Source of the DNA: an uncultured Chthonomonadaceae bacterium | GTDB taxonomy: Bacteria; Armatimonadota; Chthonomonadetes; Chthonomonadales; Chthonomonadaceae | Length of the DNA stretch: 64,000 bases | Assembly: GCA_963835065.1 (NCBI GenBank) | Contig: CAWIEK010000044.1 | Span: 32,001-96,000, forward strand | Direction: 5' to 3' | Shown: piece after piece, positions 1-9,413 of the stretch | How positions within the stretch are numbered: position 1 is the stretch's first letter | Layout: each line of letters begins with the position of its first letter | Position numbers and translations under genes: made by a program | Notes under the pieces: model-generated | What the model was told of the DNA's origin: nothing | The model's input: the letters and a program-made list of their open reading frames with translations, nothing else | The model's database searches: none

Positions 1-37
1 TAATGCGCTGGTACAGGTCGAGAGGAGGAGTAGACGT

Positions 38-289
38 ATGACAATTATGCCGCAATGCACCTTCTGCAAGCACTTTCAAGGTTTTCAGGGCATGGCAGGT
101 TTGTGTAGCGCCTTTCCTAAAGGCATACCCACAAAAATTATGAACAATGAGGTAGATCATAAACACCCTTACCCCGGTGACCGCAACATCCATTGGGAAC
201 AATCGGCGGACACACTGGAGAGCCTCGGCCCTATTGACTTATTCACCGAAACCGGACGGCCTGAGCCTGCGTTGTCGAAAGCCTCTTGA
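38..289 (+). CDS. Small Cys/His-rich hypothetical protein
   Basis: Strong RBS (GAGGAGGAG); CxxCxH, CSAFPKGIP and DHKHPYPGD motifs suggest a metal-binding small protein. Confidence 0.7.
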   Translation: MTIMPQCTFCKHFQGFQGMAGLCSAFPKGIPTKIMNNEVDHKHPYPGDRNIHWEQSADTLESLGPIDLFTETGRPEPALSKAS

Positions 290-362
290 TAAAGGATCCT
301 GTGATTACTCAGTTCTCGGATACATTCGCAAGTTGTAGCCTTAAGTTTCAGCAGGTAGTCTT

Positions 363-1586
363 ATGCCGCATAAGTCCTTGATTTACCAATTGAATGGCAG
401 CATCGCTCAACAGTGGAGTGATGTCAACAGGGCATTGGCATGTCTAGCACAAAGCAACAGGGTTTGGCTGATTGAGGCAGAAACCACCACTTACGACTTT
501 AAACGAAATTCTGGTTCGTCCAGTCTAATTGATAGAAAACCTGCCGTCATAACGCTCCGCCAATCGGAATTCGTGTCCTGTAATCTTAATCCTTATTGTA
601 TTCAGGCGGGTATGCAAAGAATCTTCTTTTTGCCCGATAGACTTGTACTTTGCCGTTACAACAACTACGTGGCTGTCTATTATTCTGATTTGACACTTGA
701 CGTCAGCACTGTTTCGTTCATAGAGGAAGATCAGCCGCCGACAGATGCGCCGACAGTTGGAAGCACATGGCGATACGTAAATAAAGATGGCAGCCCGGAT
801 TTGAGGTTTATGGACAATTGGCCTTTGCCAGTCATGGAGTATGCAACCGTCATTTTGGCTAGTTCTCACATACCTCCCCTGCAAATATACGTCAGTTCCG
901 TTGGTGTCGCTCAAACATTTGCTGACATAATGCGGAGAGTTCAGCAGTATCCTTCGCAGGCGGCACAGGCGAACACAAAGGAGAATAAGGGGCCACAGCA
1001 GAATTGTCACATTCAAGAATCTTCTTCCGCTCAGAATTGCTATAATACACTCAACGTGTCGCCGCAATGTACATTGGAAGAGGCTTCTGTTGCCTATAGA
1101 GAGATGGCAAAACAGTACCATCCTGATACCGTGTGTCGCCTTGCGCCAGAGTTCCGCGCACTGGCACATGAGCGAATGGTAGCTATCAATGAGGCTTATG
1201 CCGAAATAAAGAGACTGCGGGCGCTCTGCAATGAAGGCGTAGCCCAAACTTCCGGCTATGCTGTCTCTGAAACTGCAAACAGTTCCATTGTCTTGCAGAC
1301 GAAACCAAGGTTAATCGGGTTAGAAGGGGCAGTAGCAGGTAAAGTCTACGAACTAGACGTACCTCACATTGTAATTGGGCGCGACGAAGGCTGCAATATA
1401 CGTTTGTTCGCTGATACCACTGTTTCACGCAGACACGCCTATATCGTCAAAAAGGACGGCTGCCATGTCGTCCATGACAATGCTTCGACAAACGGTACTT
1501 TGATTAATGGCGGACGGCTTTCTGCTCAGATTTTGAGGCCGGGAGATATTGTTCAATTCGGTAACAGCAAATTTCGTTTCGAGTAG
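363..1586 (+). CDS. J-domain (DnaJ-like) plus C-terminal FHA domain protein
   Basis: YNTLNVS...YREMAKQYHPD...INEAY (HPD J-domain); IGRD...VSRRHA...STNGTLING (FHA); N-terminal WRYVNKDGSPDLRF motif. Confidence 0.85.
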   Translation: MPHKSLIYQLNGSIAQQWSDVNRALACLAQSNRVWLIEAETTTYDFKRNSGSSSLIDRKPAVITLRQSEFVSCNLNPYCIQAGMQRIFFLPDRLVLCRYNNYVAVYYSDLTLDVSTVSFIEEDQPPTDAPTVGSTWRYVNKDGSPDLRFMDNWPLPVMEYATVILASSHIPPLQIYVSSVGVAQTFADIMRRVQQYPSQAAQANTKENKGPQQNCHIQESSSAQNCYNTLNVSPQCTLEEASVAYREMAKQYHPDTVCRLAPEFRALAHERMVAINEAYAEIKRLRALCNEGVAQTSGYAVSETANSSIVLQTKPRLIGLEGAVAGKVYELDVPHIVIGRDEGCNIRLFADTTVSRRHAYIVKKDGCHVVHDNASTNGTLINGGRLSAQILRPGDIVQFGNSKFRFE

Positions 1587-1595
1587 GAGGCACCA

Positions 1596-2171
1596 TTGGC
1601 GTCGGAGCAGGAACCGGTAGTGGGATTGGTCACAGCCCCGCAAACTGTTGTTGGCTATCATGGCTGTTCGCAAGAAGTGGCCCGGCTGATATTGGAGCAA
1701 CAACGGTTTGTGCCTTCCACAAAAGCGTATGACTGGTTAGGTGAAGGCATTTACTTTTGGGAATATGCGCCTTATCGCGCGCTGCAATGGGCACAGGAAA
1801 GATACACATTTCCTGAAGGTTCTGCGGCAGTAATTGGCGCTACCATTCAACTTGGCCGCTGCTTAAATCTGCTGGACACAGAATACATGACAACTATTGC
1901 AACAACATACGCGGCATTTGCCGCGTCGGGAGTGGAAACTCTGCCCCGAAATACAAATCGTGGCGCACACTATTTGGATCGGTATATCATTGATGCACAT
2001 TGTCGAGAAATTGAAGCCGCAGGGTTAGCGCCGGTGCAAACGGTGCGGGGCAGTTTCGCCGAAGGGACGCCTGTGTACCCGGGATCAAAAATTCTTGACA
2101 GGTCTCATGTGCAGATTGCCGTTCGAGACGCAAGTTGTTTGTCCAATCTACATCTGGCAAAATTGCCGTGA
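1596..2171 (+). CDS. Hypothetical protein with possible ADP-ribosyltransferase-like fold (putative toxin)
   Basis: GYHGC...WLGEGIYFWE...QIAVRD pattern resembles the H-G/GxY core of ART-like proteins; TTG start with AGGAGG RBS. Confidence 0.5.
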   Translation: MASEQEPVVGLVTAPQTVVGYHGCSQEVARLILEQQRFVPSTKAYDWLGEGIYFWEYAPYRALQWAQERYTFPEGSAAVIGATIQLGRCLNLLDTEYMTTIATTYAAFAASGVETLPRNTNRGAHYLDRYIIDAHCREIEAAGLAPVQTVRGSFAEGTPVYPGSKILDRSHVQIAVRDASCLSNLHLAKLP

Positions 2172-2216
2172 AAATCAGTATTCCCATTGGAATAGAAACA
2201 GCGCAGGGAGATTATT

Positions 2217-2450
2217 ATGGAACAGAAAGCATGGAACCCGAACAGCCCGGAAGTAAAAGCCGCTATTGTCGAAAGAATACGGCAGTTGACACCTGACGAA
2301 GCGATGGACTTTCTGGAAGCGGGAGCAGAAGGTTTGGAACAAACGAACATGACGGGGCATTTCCCCATTTGTCCTAGCCGTCCATCTCAGCACAAAGAAT
2401 ACAGGCAGGAACCGCAACCGCAGTTGGTCGAGACTGAAACCGCCGCTTGA
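2217..2450 (+). CDS. Small hypothetical protein, possible partner/antitoxin of 1596-2171
   Basis: 77 aa ORF with GGAG RBS directly after the putative toxin. Confidence 0.5.
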   Translation: MEQKAWNPNSPEVKAAIVERIRQLTPDEAMDFLEAGAEGLEQTNMTGHFPICPSRPSQHKEYRQEPQPQLVETETAA

Positions 2451-2476
2451 AATAAGGAAGGTGAGGAGAAAATAGC

Positions 2477-3904
2477 ATGTCAGATGACCGCACCCGTATC
2501 ATCGGGCAGACGGGAATGCCCCTGCCGGGCGGAACCGGGCAAACGCAAATGGGCGCGAACCGGACGCAAATCATTGGGCAGCCCGGTACGCCCACCGGCA
2601 GAACGCAGATGGGCGGGCCGGGAACGCCGCCGGGATTCGACCCGATGCGGACGCAGATGAACATGCCGTCCATGCAGACCGTCGAAGTGGAGTGCCTGGC
2701 CGGGAACCGCTACGCCTATGCGCCCGAAGTGACGCGGGACAACGCCCTTGTCGTCCTCAAAGTCAGCGGGCAGCAGTTGGGACGGCGCGCGCCGATCAAC
2801 GTGTGCCTGTGCATTGACCGTTCCGGCAGCATGGAAGGCCCGCCACTCGAATACGCCAAGCGCGCCTGCGATTACGTCGTGGACATGCTGGAACCCAACG
2901 ATATTCTTTCCATCGTCACGTTTGAGGAGCAGGTAGACGTTCTGATGCCCGCCCGCCGCGTGGTCAACAAGGCGCTGGTCAAGGAACACATTCACCGGCT
3001 GGAAGTGGGCAATACGACCAATCTGTACGATGGCCTGATGGCGGGCTGTATGCAGATTGCCAGCGTACAGGCGCAAACGCCCGGTTATGTCAGCCGCGTT
3101 CTGCTGCTTACGGACGGCGAGCCGACAGTTGGGCTGAAAGATTACACGTCCATTGTGCAGCAGGTGGCGGAGCAGAAACAAAAGGGCATTTCCATAACCG
3201 CGCTTGGCTTCGGGCAGGAGTACAACGAAGAACTGATGGCCGGTATCGCGCGGCGCAGTGGCGGCAACTACTATTACATTCAGCGCCCCGACCTGCTGCC
3301 CGAAGTGTTCCGCCGCGAACTGGAAACCCTGATGACCATTGTGGCGAAAAACGTCCGCGTTCGGTTCCAGTTGTCGAAGTGGGTCAGCCTGCGGCAGGTC
3401 TATGGCGCGCAGCCCGCGTTCGGCCCGCGCATGGTGGAAGTGACCGTTCCCGATCTGGAGCGGGGCACGAGCCGCACGGTTCTGGCCGAACTGGAATTCG
3501 AGCGGCATCCCCTCGGCACGTTCCGCGTCGCCAAAGTGGAAGCGTATTACGACGATGTAATCAACAACCGCTCGGAACGCATTGCCGCCGACTGCGTGTT
3601 TGAGTTTACGCAGGATAGAAGCGTGTTGGCGGGCGGCGTCAACCCGATTGTGCGGGGAGAACTGGAACTGGCGCAGGCGTCGTCGAACTTGCAGCGCACG
3701 ATGATGGGAATGCGAACACAGCAGATTACCTCGATGGGAGCCATGACGGAACTGCAAAAAACGCGCACCATTATGATGCAGGCCGGGCAAACGCAGCAGG
3801 TGCAGCAATTGGATCAGGCCATGCAGTCGCTGCAGCGCGGCGGCGGGGACGTGGAAAAAACCCTGATGGGCACGATCATGGAGATAGATCAGGGCAAGCG
3901 TTAG
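2477..3904 (+). CDS. vWA domain protein with Thr-repeat N-terminal tail
   Basis: MIDAS DRSGSM, LLLTDGEP, IARRSGGNYYYI; N-terminal RTQM/RTQI repeats. Confidence 0.9.
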   Translation: MSDDRTRIIGQTGMPLPGGTGQTQMGANRTQIIGQPGTPTGRTQMGGPGTPPGFDPMRTQMNMPSMQTVEVECLAGNRYAYAPEVTRDNALVVLKVSGQQLGRRAPINVCLCIDRSGSMEGPPLEYAKRACDYVVDMLEPNDILSIVTFEEQVDVLMPARRVVNKALVKEHIHRLEVGNTTNLYDGLMAGCMQIASVQAQTPGYVSRVLLLTDGEPTVGLKDYTSIVQQVAEQKQKGISITALGFGQEYNEELMAGIARRSGGNYYYIQRPDLLPEVFRRELETLMTIVAKNVRVRFQLSKWVSLRQVYGAQPAFGPRMVEVTVPDLERGTSRTVLAELEFERHPLGTFRVAKVEAYYDDVINNRSERIAADCVFEFTQDRSVLAGGVNPIVRGELELAQASSNLQRTMMGMRTQQITSMGAMTELQKTRTIMMQAGQTQQVQQLDQAMQSLQRGGGDVEKTLMGTIMEIDQGKR

Positions 3905-3924
3905 CGGAAGCGGGAAGGGGCATA

Positions 3925-4296
3925 ATGAACATTTCTATTGAACTGTCTCCCGCAATCGAACAGCAACTGCGGGATGTTGCGGCACAATACCAGCTGGACC
4001 TTTCCGAATTTGCTCCGCAAGCCGTGCAAGGTTTGCTGGCGCACTCCGTAAACTGGAAGTTGGAGAACCAACCGAATGTGGAAGCCATGCTGGACGAACT
4101 GGCCTCTCGTATCAGCGCGCAGCGGGAACAAGCCCGCAGCGCGCAACGCGAAAAAAATCAAGCGGCCATTGCCTTGCTGCGCTCCTGGCGTGAAGAGGAT
4201 GCAGGCGTGAACTCTGAGGAGAAAGCAAGGCGCGAAGTGGAAGGTAAGGCTCTGGAAGCGGGACTGGCGGCGCATCCGTTTCTGCTTGAAGGCTAA
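3925..4296 (+). CDS. Putative antitoxin
   Basis: 123 aa ORF immediately upstream of a PIN gene; N-terminal ISIELSPAIEQQL resembles a DNA-binding antitoxin N-terminus. Confidence 0.6.
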   Translation: MNISIELSPAIEQQLRDVAAQYQLDLSEFAPQAVQGLLAHSVNWKLENQPNVEAMLDELASRISAQREQARSAQREKNQAAIALLRSWREEDAGVNSEEKARREVEGKALEAGLAAHPFLLEG

Positions 4297-4301
4297 CGCA
4301 C

Positions 4302-4760
4302 ATGACAAGCATTGCCAGTGATGTTGTGATACTTGACAGCGCGCCGTTAGGACTTTTGGCGCGGCGTGACGGTATTCCTCCCGTAGATGCCTGTAAGCAG
4401 TGGCTGGAAGGATTATTGCTGCGCGGCGCGCGAGTGCTGATACCGGAAATTGTAGATTATGAACTGCGCCGAGAACTGTTGCGTCTGAATAACGCAGAAA
4501 GTATTGCGCGTTTGGATGCGCTTCATGCCACGATGGAGTACATGCCTTTAACCACATCCGCTATGCGCCGCGCCGCCGCGCTATGGGCGAACGCCCGACA
4601 ATCGGGGCAAGTGACTGCTTCCGAGAAGGCACTGGACGGAGATGTGATTCTGGCCGCGCAAGTTCTGGAATTGAACTTGTCCTTAACGGTTGTAGCGACA
4701 GACAACGTGAAACATCTCGCGCTGTTTACGTATGCGCAAAAGTGGCAGGATATTTCCTGA
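4302..4760 (+). CDS. PIN-domain (VapC-like) ribonuclease toxin
   Basis: VILDS, EIVDYELRRE, DGDVILAAQ, VATDNVKH acidic PIN motifs. Confidence 0.85.
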   Translation: MTSIASDVVILDSAPLGLLARRDGIPPVDACKQWLEGLLLRGARVLIPEIVDYELRRELLRLNNAESIARLDALHATMEYMPLTTSAMRRAAALWANARQSGQVTASEKALDGDVILAAQVLELNLSLTVVATDNVKHLALFTYAQKWQDIS

Positions 4761-4845
4761 GTTGTGCAGGCGAAAGTTGTATGTGCAAGAATGTTCAGGG
4801 GTGTAGTTGTGCATTGCGATGTGAACAAATGAGAAGGAGCGCGTG

Positions 4846-6156
4846 ATGAGTGACGATGCAACCCGCATGATGCCGCCTGCGAATCCAACCAGTCCGGGCG
4901 GACAAACGGGAACCTTTGACCGTACAATGGTGGCGGGCAGCGCGACGCAGATGCCGGGGGCGGCAGCTTATGGAGCGACGCAGCAGATGCCTGCGGGCGT
5001 GTCCGACCCGATGCGAACGCAGATGGGCGGAACCGCGACGTGCCCCGTCTGCAAATCCAATACGCCCTTAATGGAAGCCTTTTGCGGCGAGTGCGGCTAT
5101 CTGCTCGCGTCCGCGCCCGCTGCAAATCTGGAAGTTCCGCAGGAGGAACCGGCGGCGGCGGAACTTGTCGCCGAGTCGGACGGCCAGCGCTACAAACTGC
5201 GGGCGGGCGTCAATACATTAGGACGGCAGGGAACGGATGTGCTGCTTAACGAGGGTACGATATCGCGCGTTCACGCCAAAATCACGGTTGAAGGCAATGT
5301 CATTACTATCGAAGACATGGGCAGCACGAACGGCACGAAGGTAGGCGAACAGCGCATCGGAGCCAATCAGCCTACGCCCGCTACGCCCGGACAGACCCTG
5401 CGCTTCGGCAACTGGCGCGCGGTTTTGCAGCTTGGCAGCCTGCCTGCTTCCGTCGGGGCGGGCGCGGCAACCGGCGCGGCCCCGACCCTGATGGGCGGCA
5501 ACCAGACGGTTGTGATGCCGGCTGCGGGAAGCGGCCAAACGCCTGCCGACACTGCCGAGACGGGCGCAAACGCCACGCTGATTTACCAGCCGGGAGATTT
5601 GCACCCTGCCGACGCGCCGCTTGCCGATATGCGCAACGCGACGATTGTAGAACCGGCGGTTGCGGACGGCAACCTGGTCGCCAACCTGAATCCCACAAGC
5701 GGGCCGGGCGTTCCCATTGCCATAACCGAAGGCATGGTGTCTATAGGACGGCGGACGGGCAATACAATCGTTATCAGCAACGACGCTTACATTTCGGGAC
5801 GCCACGCGCAGTTGGAAACCGATAATACGGGCACGTACCTGACCGATGTTGGCAGCACCAATGGCACGTCCGTCAACGGCCAGAAACTTACCGCGGGCGA
5901 GCGGCAATTGCTTTTGGAAGGCGATGAAGTCCAGCTCGGGCAGACAAAATACGTGTTCGCGCTGGCGTATGAAGAAATTGCCCCGGCTGTGGACATTAAC
6001 CCCTCCGGCGAAAGCCATTACGGCGGGCAGTGGAGCAACCCGGACGGTTCGCCGCCCGGGCAGGAGTTCGGCGCGATCAACGATCCAGTCTATCCGCCCA
6101 CGTCGCCGCGCATTCAGGAAGTGTACCACGCCGTAGACAACGAGGTACCCGAATGA
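4846..6156 (+). CDS. Zinc-ribbon plus two FHA domain protein
   Basis: CPVC...CGECG; two FHA signatures (GR...SRVHA...STNGT and GR...SGRHA...STNGT); AAGGAG RBS before ATG 4846. Confidence 0.9.
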   Translation: MSDDATRMMPPANPTSPGGQTGTFDRTMVAGSATQMPGAAAYGATQQMPAGVSDPMRTQMGGTATCPVCKSNTPLMEAFCGECGYLLASAPAANLEVPQEEPAAAELVAESDGQRYKLRAGVNTLGRQGTDVLLNEGTISRVHAKITVEGNVITIEDMGSTNGTKVGEQRIGANQPTPATPGQTLRFGNWRAVLQLGSLPASVGAGAATGAAPTLMGGNQTVVMPAAGSGQTPADTAETGANATLIYQPGDLHPADAPLADMRNATIVEPAVADGNLVANLNPTSGPGVPIAITEGMVSIGRRTGNTIVISNDAYISGRHAQLETDNTGTYLTDVGSTNGTSVNGQKLTAGERQLLLEGDEVQLGQTKYVFALAYEEIAPAVDINPSGESHYGGQWSNPDGSPPGQEFGAINDPVYPPTSPRIQEVYHAVDNEVPE

Positions 6157-7226
6157 GCGAGGACGCGCGGTTTGCGCAGGGAATGGGGCAGGACGACCTG
6201 GACTCGACGGCCAAGTTCGACCGGGCGGAACTGGTGCGGGGCTGGCGCGCTTACGAGGCGCGGCAGCCGCGCGTGGTTCCCGTCGTCAAATTCGGCGCGC
6301 GTACCGATATGGGGCAGGTGCGCGAAAACAACGAGGACAAGTTCGACTTTTACGAGCCGGAAACGCCCGAAATTCTGGCGGCAAGAGGCTGCCTGTATGC
6401 GGTTGCGGACGGCATCGGCGGCGCGCTTGCGGGACAAATCGCCAGCGAAATGATGCTGAAAAATGTCATCGCAAACTATTACGACAGCCCCGCTCCCGAT
6501 CTGCAAACCGCCATGCGCGACGCCATTGTGCAGACCAATGACCGCATCTTCCATCTGGCGCAAATGATCCCGGAGCGGTCGGGCATGGGCACGACGCTGG
6601 TGGGCGCGATTTTCGTCGAAGACCGGGTTGTCATTGCGCAGGTGGGAGACAGCCGCGTCTATCTGGTGCGCGACGGGCAGATTACGCAGATCACGCATGA
6701 CCATTCATGGGTGGAAGAGCAGGTTCGGGCCGGGCTGATGCGCCGCGAAGACGCAGAAATGTCACCGTTCCGCAACGTGATTACGCGCTCTATCGGCGCG
6801 GCGGCAAATGTCGTGCCGGACTTCTACGAGGAGCAGGCGCAAATCGGCGACGTGTGGGTTTTGTGTTCGGACGGCCTGACCGGGCATGTCCACGACGGCG
6901 AAATCCTGCAAATCGCCGGCAGCCACGCGCCTTCCGAAGCCGTCCGGCAACTTGTGGAACTCGCCAATGCGCGCGGCGGGCGCGACAACATCACCGTTTT
7001 CATCGTAACCGTCCGCGATCTGCTCACGCCGGACGGCAAACCCTATACTGCGAATGTTGATGCGTTAGCGTCTCACGCTTCCGAAGCGCATAATACTTAT
7101 GCCACAAACGGGCAAGGCGATCCAACGACTTTACAGGCACAATATGCGCCGAACGAAGCGCAGCAAGATACGTCCGGCGCGGCAGAGGACAATCGCCCCG
7201 GCTGGCGTAAACTATTTGGGCGCTGA
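6153..7226 (+). CDS. PP2C-family Ser/Thr phosphatase (Stp1-like)
   Basis: RENNED, VADGIGG, MGTT, VGDSRVY, LCSDGL, GGRDNIT; ATGA overlap with the upstream gene. Confidence 0.95.
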   Translation: MSEDARFAQGMGQDDLDSTAKFDRAELVRGWRAYEARQPRVVPVVKFGARTDMGQVRENNEDKFDFYEPETPEILAARGCLYAVADGIGGALAGQIASEMMLKNVIANYYDSPAPDLQTAMRDAIVQTNDRIFHLAQMIPERSGMGTTLVGAIFVEDRVVIAQVGDSRVYLVRDGQITQITHDHSWVEEQVRAGLMRREDAEMSPFRNVITRSIGAAANVVPDFYEEQAQIGDVWVLCSDGLTGHVHDGEILQIAGSHAPSEAVRQLVELANARGGRDNITVFIVTVRDLLTPDGKPYTANVDALASHASEAHNTYATNGQGDPTTLQAQYAPNEAQQDTSGAAEDNRPGWRKLFGR

Positions 7227-7298
7227 ATGTACCGAAAGCAATGGGTGCAAATCTTGCGGCGTATGCCGTATAATGAGAATGAGAGATTTCAAGCGTAA

Positions 7299-9401
7299 GT
7301 GCAGGTGGAGAGCAACCCCGGCGTGAATGGTACGATCATTAAAGGCAAATACCGCATTGTGCGGGAAATCGCGCGCAGCAACGACATCGTTTTTGAAGCG
7401 ATGGACGTGGCGCTGAATCGTCGCGTCGCCTTGAAAGAGCTGAACATTGCGCCCGGCATGACCGGGCAGGCCAAACGGGAGCGTATTGAGCGCTTCGAGC
7501 GCGAAGCCCGCGCAGCCGGTAAACTCAGCCACCCCAACATTGTCACCATTTACGACCACTGGGAAGAAAACGGCAGGCACTTCATTGCGATGGAGTATCT
7601 GGACGGCCAAACCCTGCGCGACGTGATGCAGGTTCGCCACACGCTGCCCCACAAAGAAGCGATTGACATTGCCGCGCAGATGCTTGCCGCGCTTGCCCAT
7701 GCCCACCACCACAAAGTCATTCACCGCGACATCAAGCCCGACAACATCTTCATTCTTCCGGGCGGGCATGTCAAACTCACGGACTTCGGCATCGCGCGCC
7801 TGTCGGAAGAACCCGCACTGACCAGCAACGGACAGGTTTTCGGTACGCCGAGTTATATGTCGCCCGAACAGATCGAGGGCAAGCACATTGACCACCGCTC
7901 CGACCTGTTTTCGCTTGGCGTACTGCTATACGAAATGCTGGCGGGGCGCAAGCCGTTTACCGGTGACAGCGTCATCAGCATTACGTATGCGATTATGAAC
8001 GCGGAACCGTCGCCCCTGATTGGCGTTCCGCAGGGGATTGAGCAGGTGATACGCCGCGCCCTGCAAAAGCGTCCCGAACAGCGCCAGATTTCCGCCGACC
8101 AGATGCGGCAGGACTTGATGTACGCCGAACAAACTCCGCAGGTGTTTCTATCCGTAAACAATTCCGGCTACAATCCGAATGTCAACCAGACGGGCATGAA
8201 CCGGATGCAAACCGGCATGAACGGGCCGTATGGCGCATCCATGCCGGGAGCCAACACGGGGTATGGAAGTCAGAACATGCCCGGTATGAATCCGATGAAC
8301 GGCATGTCGGCAATGGGCAGCCCAATGGCGCAGAACGGCGGCTACAGCAACGCCGCGCAGCCGAACACGGGCTATGTGGGTCAAAATATGGCGGGTATGA
8401 ATCCGATGAACGGCATGACGAACAACGCCGCGCCCATACCGAACCCGCAGGGCGGGGCGCAGCCCTGGGCGTGGAACACAACCGGGGCGGGATTGACGCG
8501 GGGGCAGATCAAAGCCATGCGGCGTTCCGCGCAAATGGCTGCCGCGCAGGGCATGACGCAGCAGCAATACGCCGCGATGCTGGCGCAAAACGGCCAGTTG
8601 CCGCAGGGCGTCACGCCCAATACGCCGCAAATGTCGCCCTATGCCTCGCCGCCGTTTCCCATCCGCCGCCGCGAACCGTTGATTGTGCTGTCCGACGCGG
8701 CGCGTTCCAACATTTATGCCGCGCTGATTGCCGCCGTCATCGGGTGCTGCCTCGCCTTCGGCGTGGTGGCGTTTATGAACCGCTACCAAAACTACAAGGG
8801 CACGGTCAGTTCCGAAAAAGTGCGCGGCTTGATGGCGCAGGGCAGCGCCGCCTACAACAAACAGGATTACGCCGGAGCCGCCCAATTTTTCGAGCAGGCG
8901 TTGGCAGGCAAACCCAATACAAGCGATCTGGCAAACGTCAATCAAAACCTCGGCTATGTTTATGTGCAGCTTGCCCGGCAGGCGCATGGCCGGGGCAATA
9001 TCACTGAAGCGGCTGACGATTACAACAAAGCCATCGGTTACGCGCCCGGTTATCAAGTGGCCCAAACCGAACTCAGCATTCTACGGGGCGGCACACAAGA
9101 CGCGCCCTCAGATCGCAGCGCCCTGCCCGGCACATCCACGCAGGAACCGCCCGCTTCGCTGCAAGCGCCTCCGCCCATCGTCAGCGACGATCCGGCTCCC
9201 CGCGTGTCGAATATAGACCCGGATCACCTGCTCCGCGATAAGGCCGCGCAAGCCAGCCAGCTTATCAACGATGGCGATCAGCTTTACAAGGGCGGCGACA
9301 TCAACGGCGCGGCCAAAAAATGGCGCGAAGCGCGCGACACCGCCTACGGCCTGAAGGAACACGACGACGCCATAGATCGGCTTAGTCGCTATGCGCCATG
9401 A
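7299..9401 (+). CDS. Hanks-type membrane Ser/Thr kinase with low-complexity linker, TM helix and TPR-like C-terminus
   Basis: VALKE, HRDIKPDN, DFGIA, GTPSYMSPE; TM AALIAAVIGCCLAFGVVAF; TPR-like helices after the TM. Confidence 0.95.
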   Translation: MQVESNPGVNGTIIKGKYRIVREIARSNDIVFEAMDVALNRRVALKELNIAPGMTGQAKRERIERFEREARAAGKLSHPNIVTIYDHWEENGRHFIAMEYLDGQTLRDVMQVRHTLPHKEAIDIAAQMLAALAHAHHHKVIHRDIKPDNIFILPGGHVKLTDFGIARLSEEPALTSNGQVFGTPSYMSPEQIEGKHIDHRSDLFSLGVLLYEMLAGRKPFTGDSVISITYAIMNAEPSPLIGVPQGIEQVIRRALQKRPEQRQISADQMRQDLMYAEQTPQVFLSVNNSGYNPNVNQTGMNRMQTGMNGPYGASMPGANTGYGSQNMPGMNPMNGMSAMGSPMAQNGGYSNAAQPNTGYVGQNMAGMNPMNGMTNNAAPIPNPQGGAQPWAWNTTGAGLTRGQIKAMRRSAQMAAAQGMTQQQYAAMLAQNGQLPQGVTPNTPQMSPYASPPFPIRRREPLIVLSDAARSNIYAALIAAVIGCCLAFGVVAFMNRYQNYKGTVSSEKVRGLMAQGSAAYNKQDYAGAAQFFEQALAGKPNTSDLANVNQNLGYVYVQLARQAHGRGNITEAADDYNKAIGYAPGYQVAQTELSILRGGTQDAPSDRSALPGTSTQEPPASLQAPPPIVSDDPAPRVSNIDPDHLLRDKAAQASQLINDGDQLYKGGDINGAAKKWREARDTAYGLKEHDDAIDRLSRYAP

Positions 9402-9413
9402 GGATATTACGAA

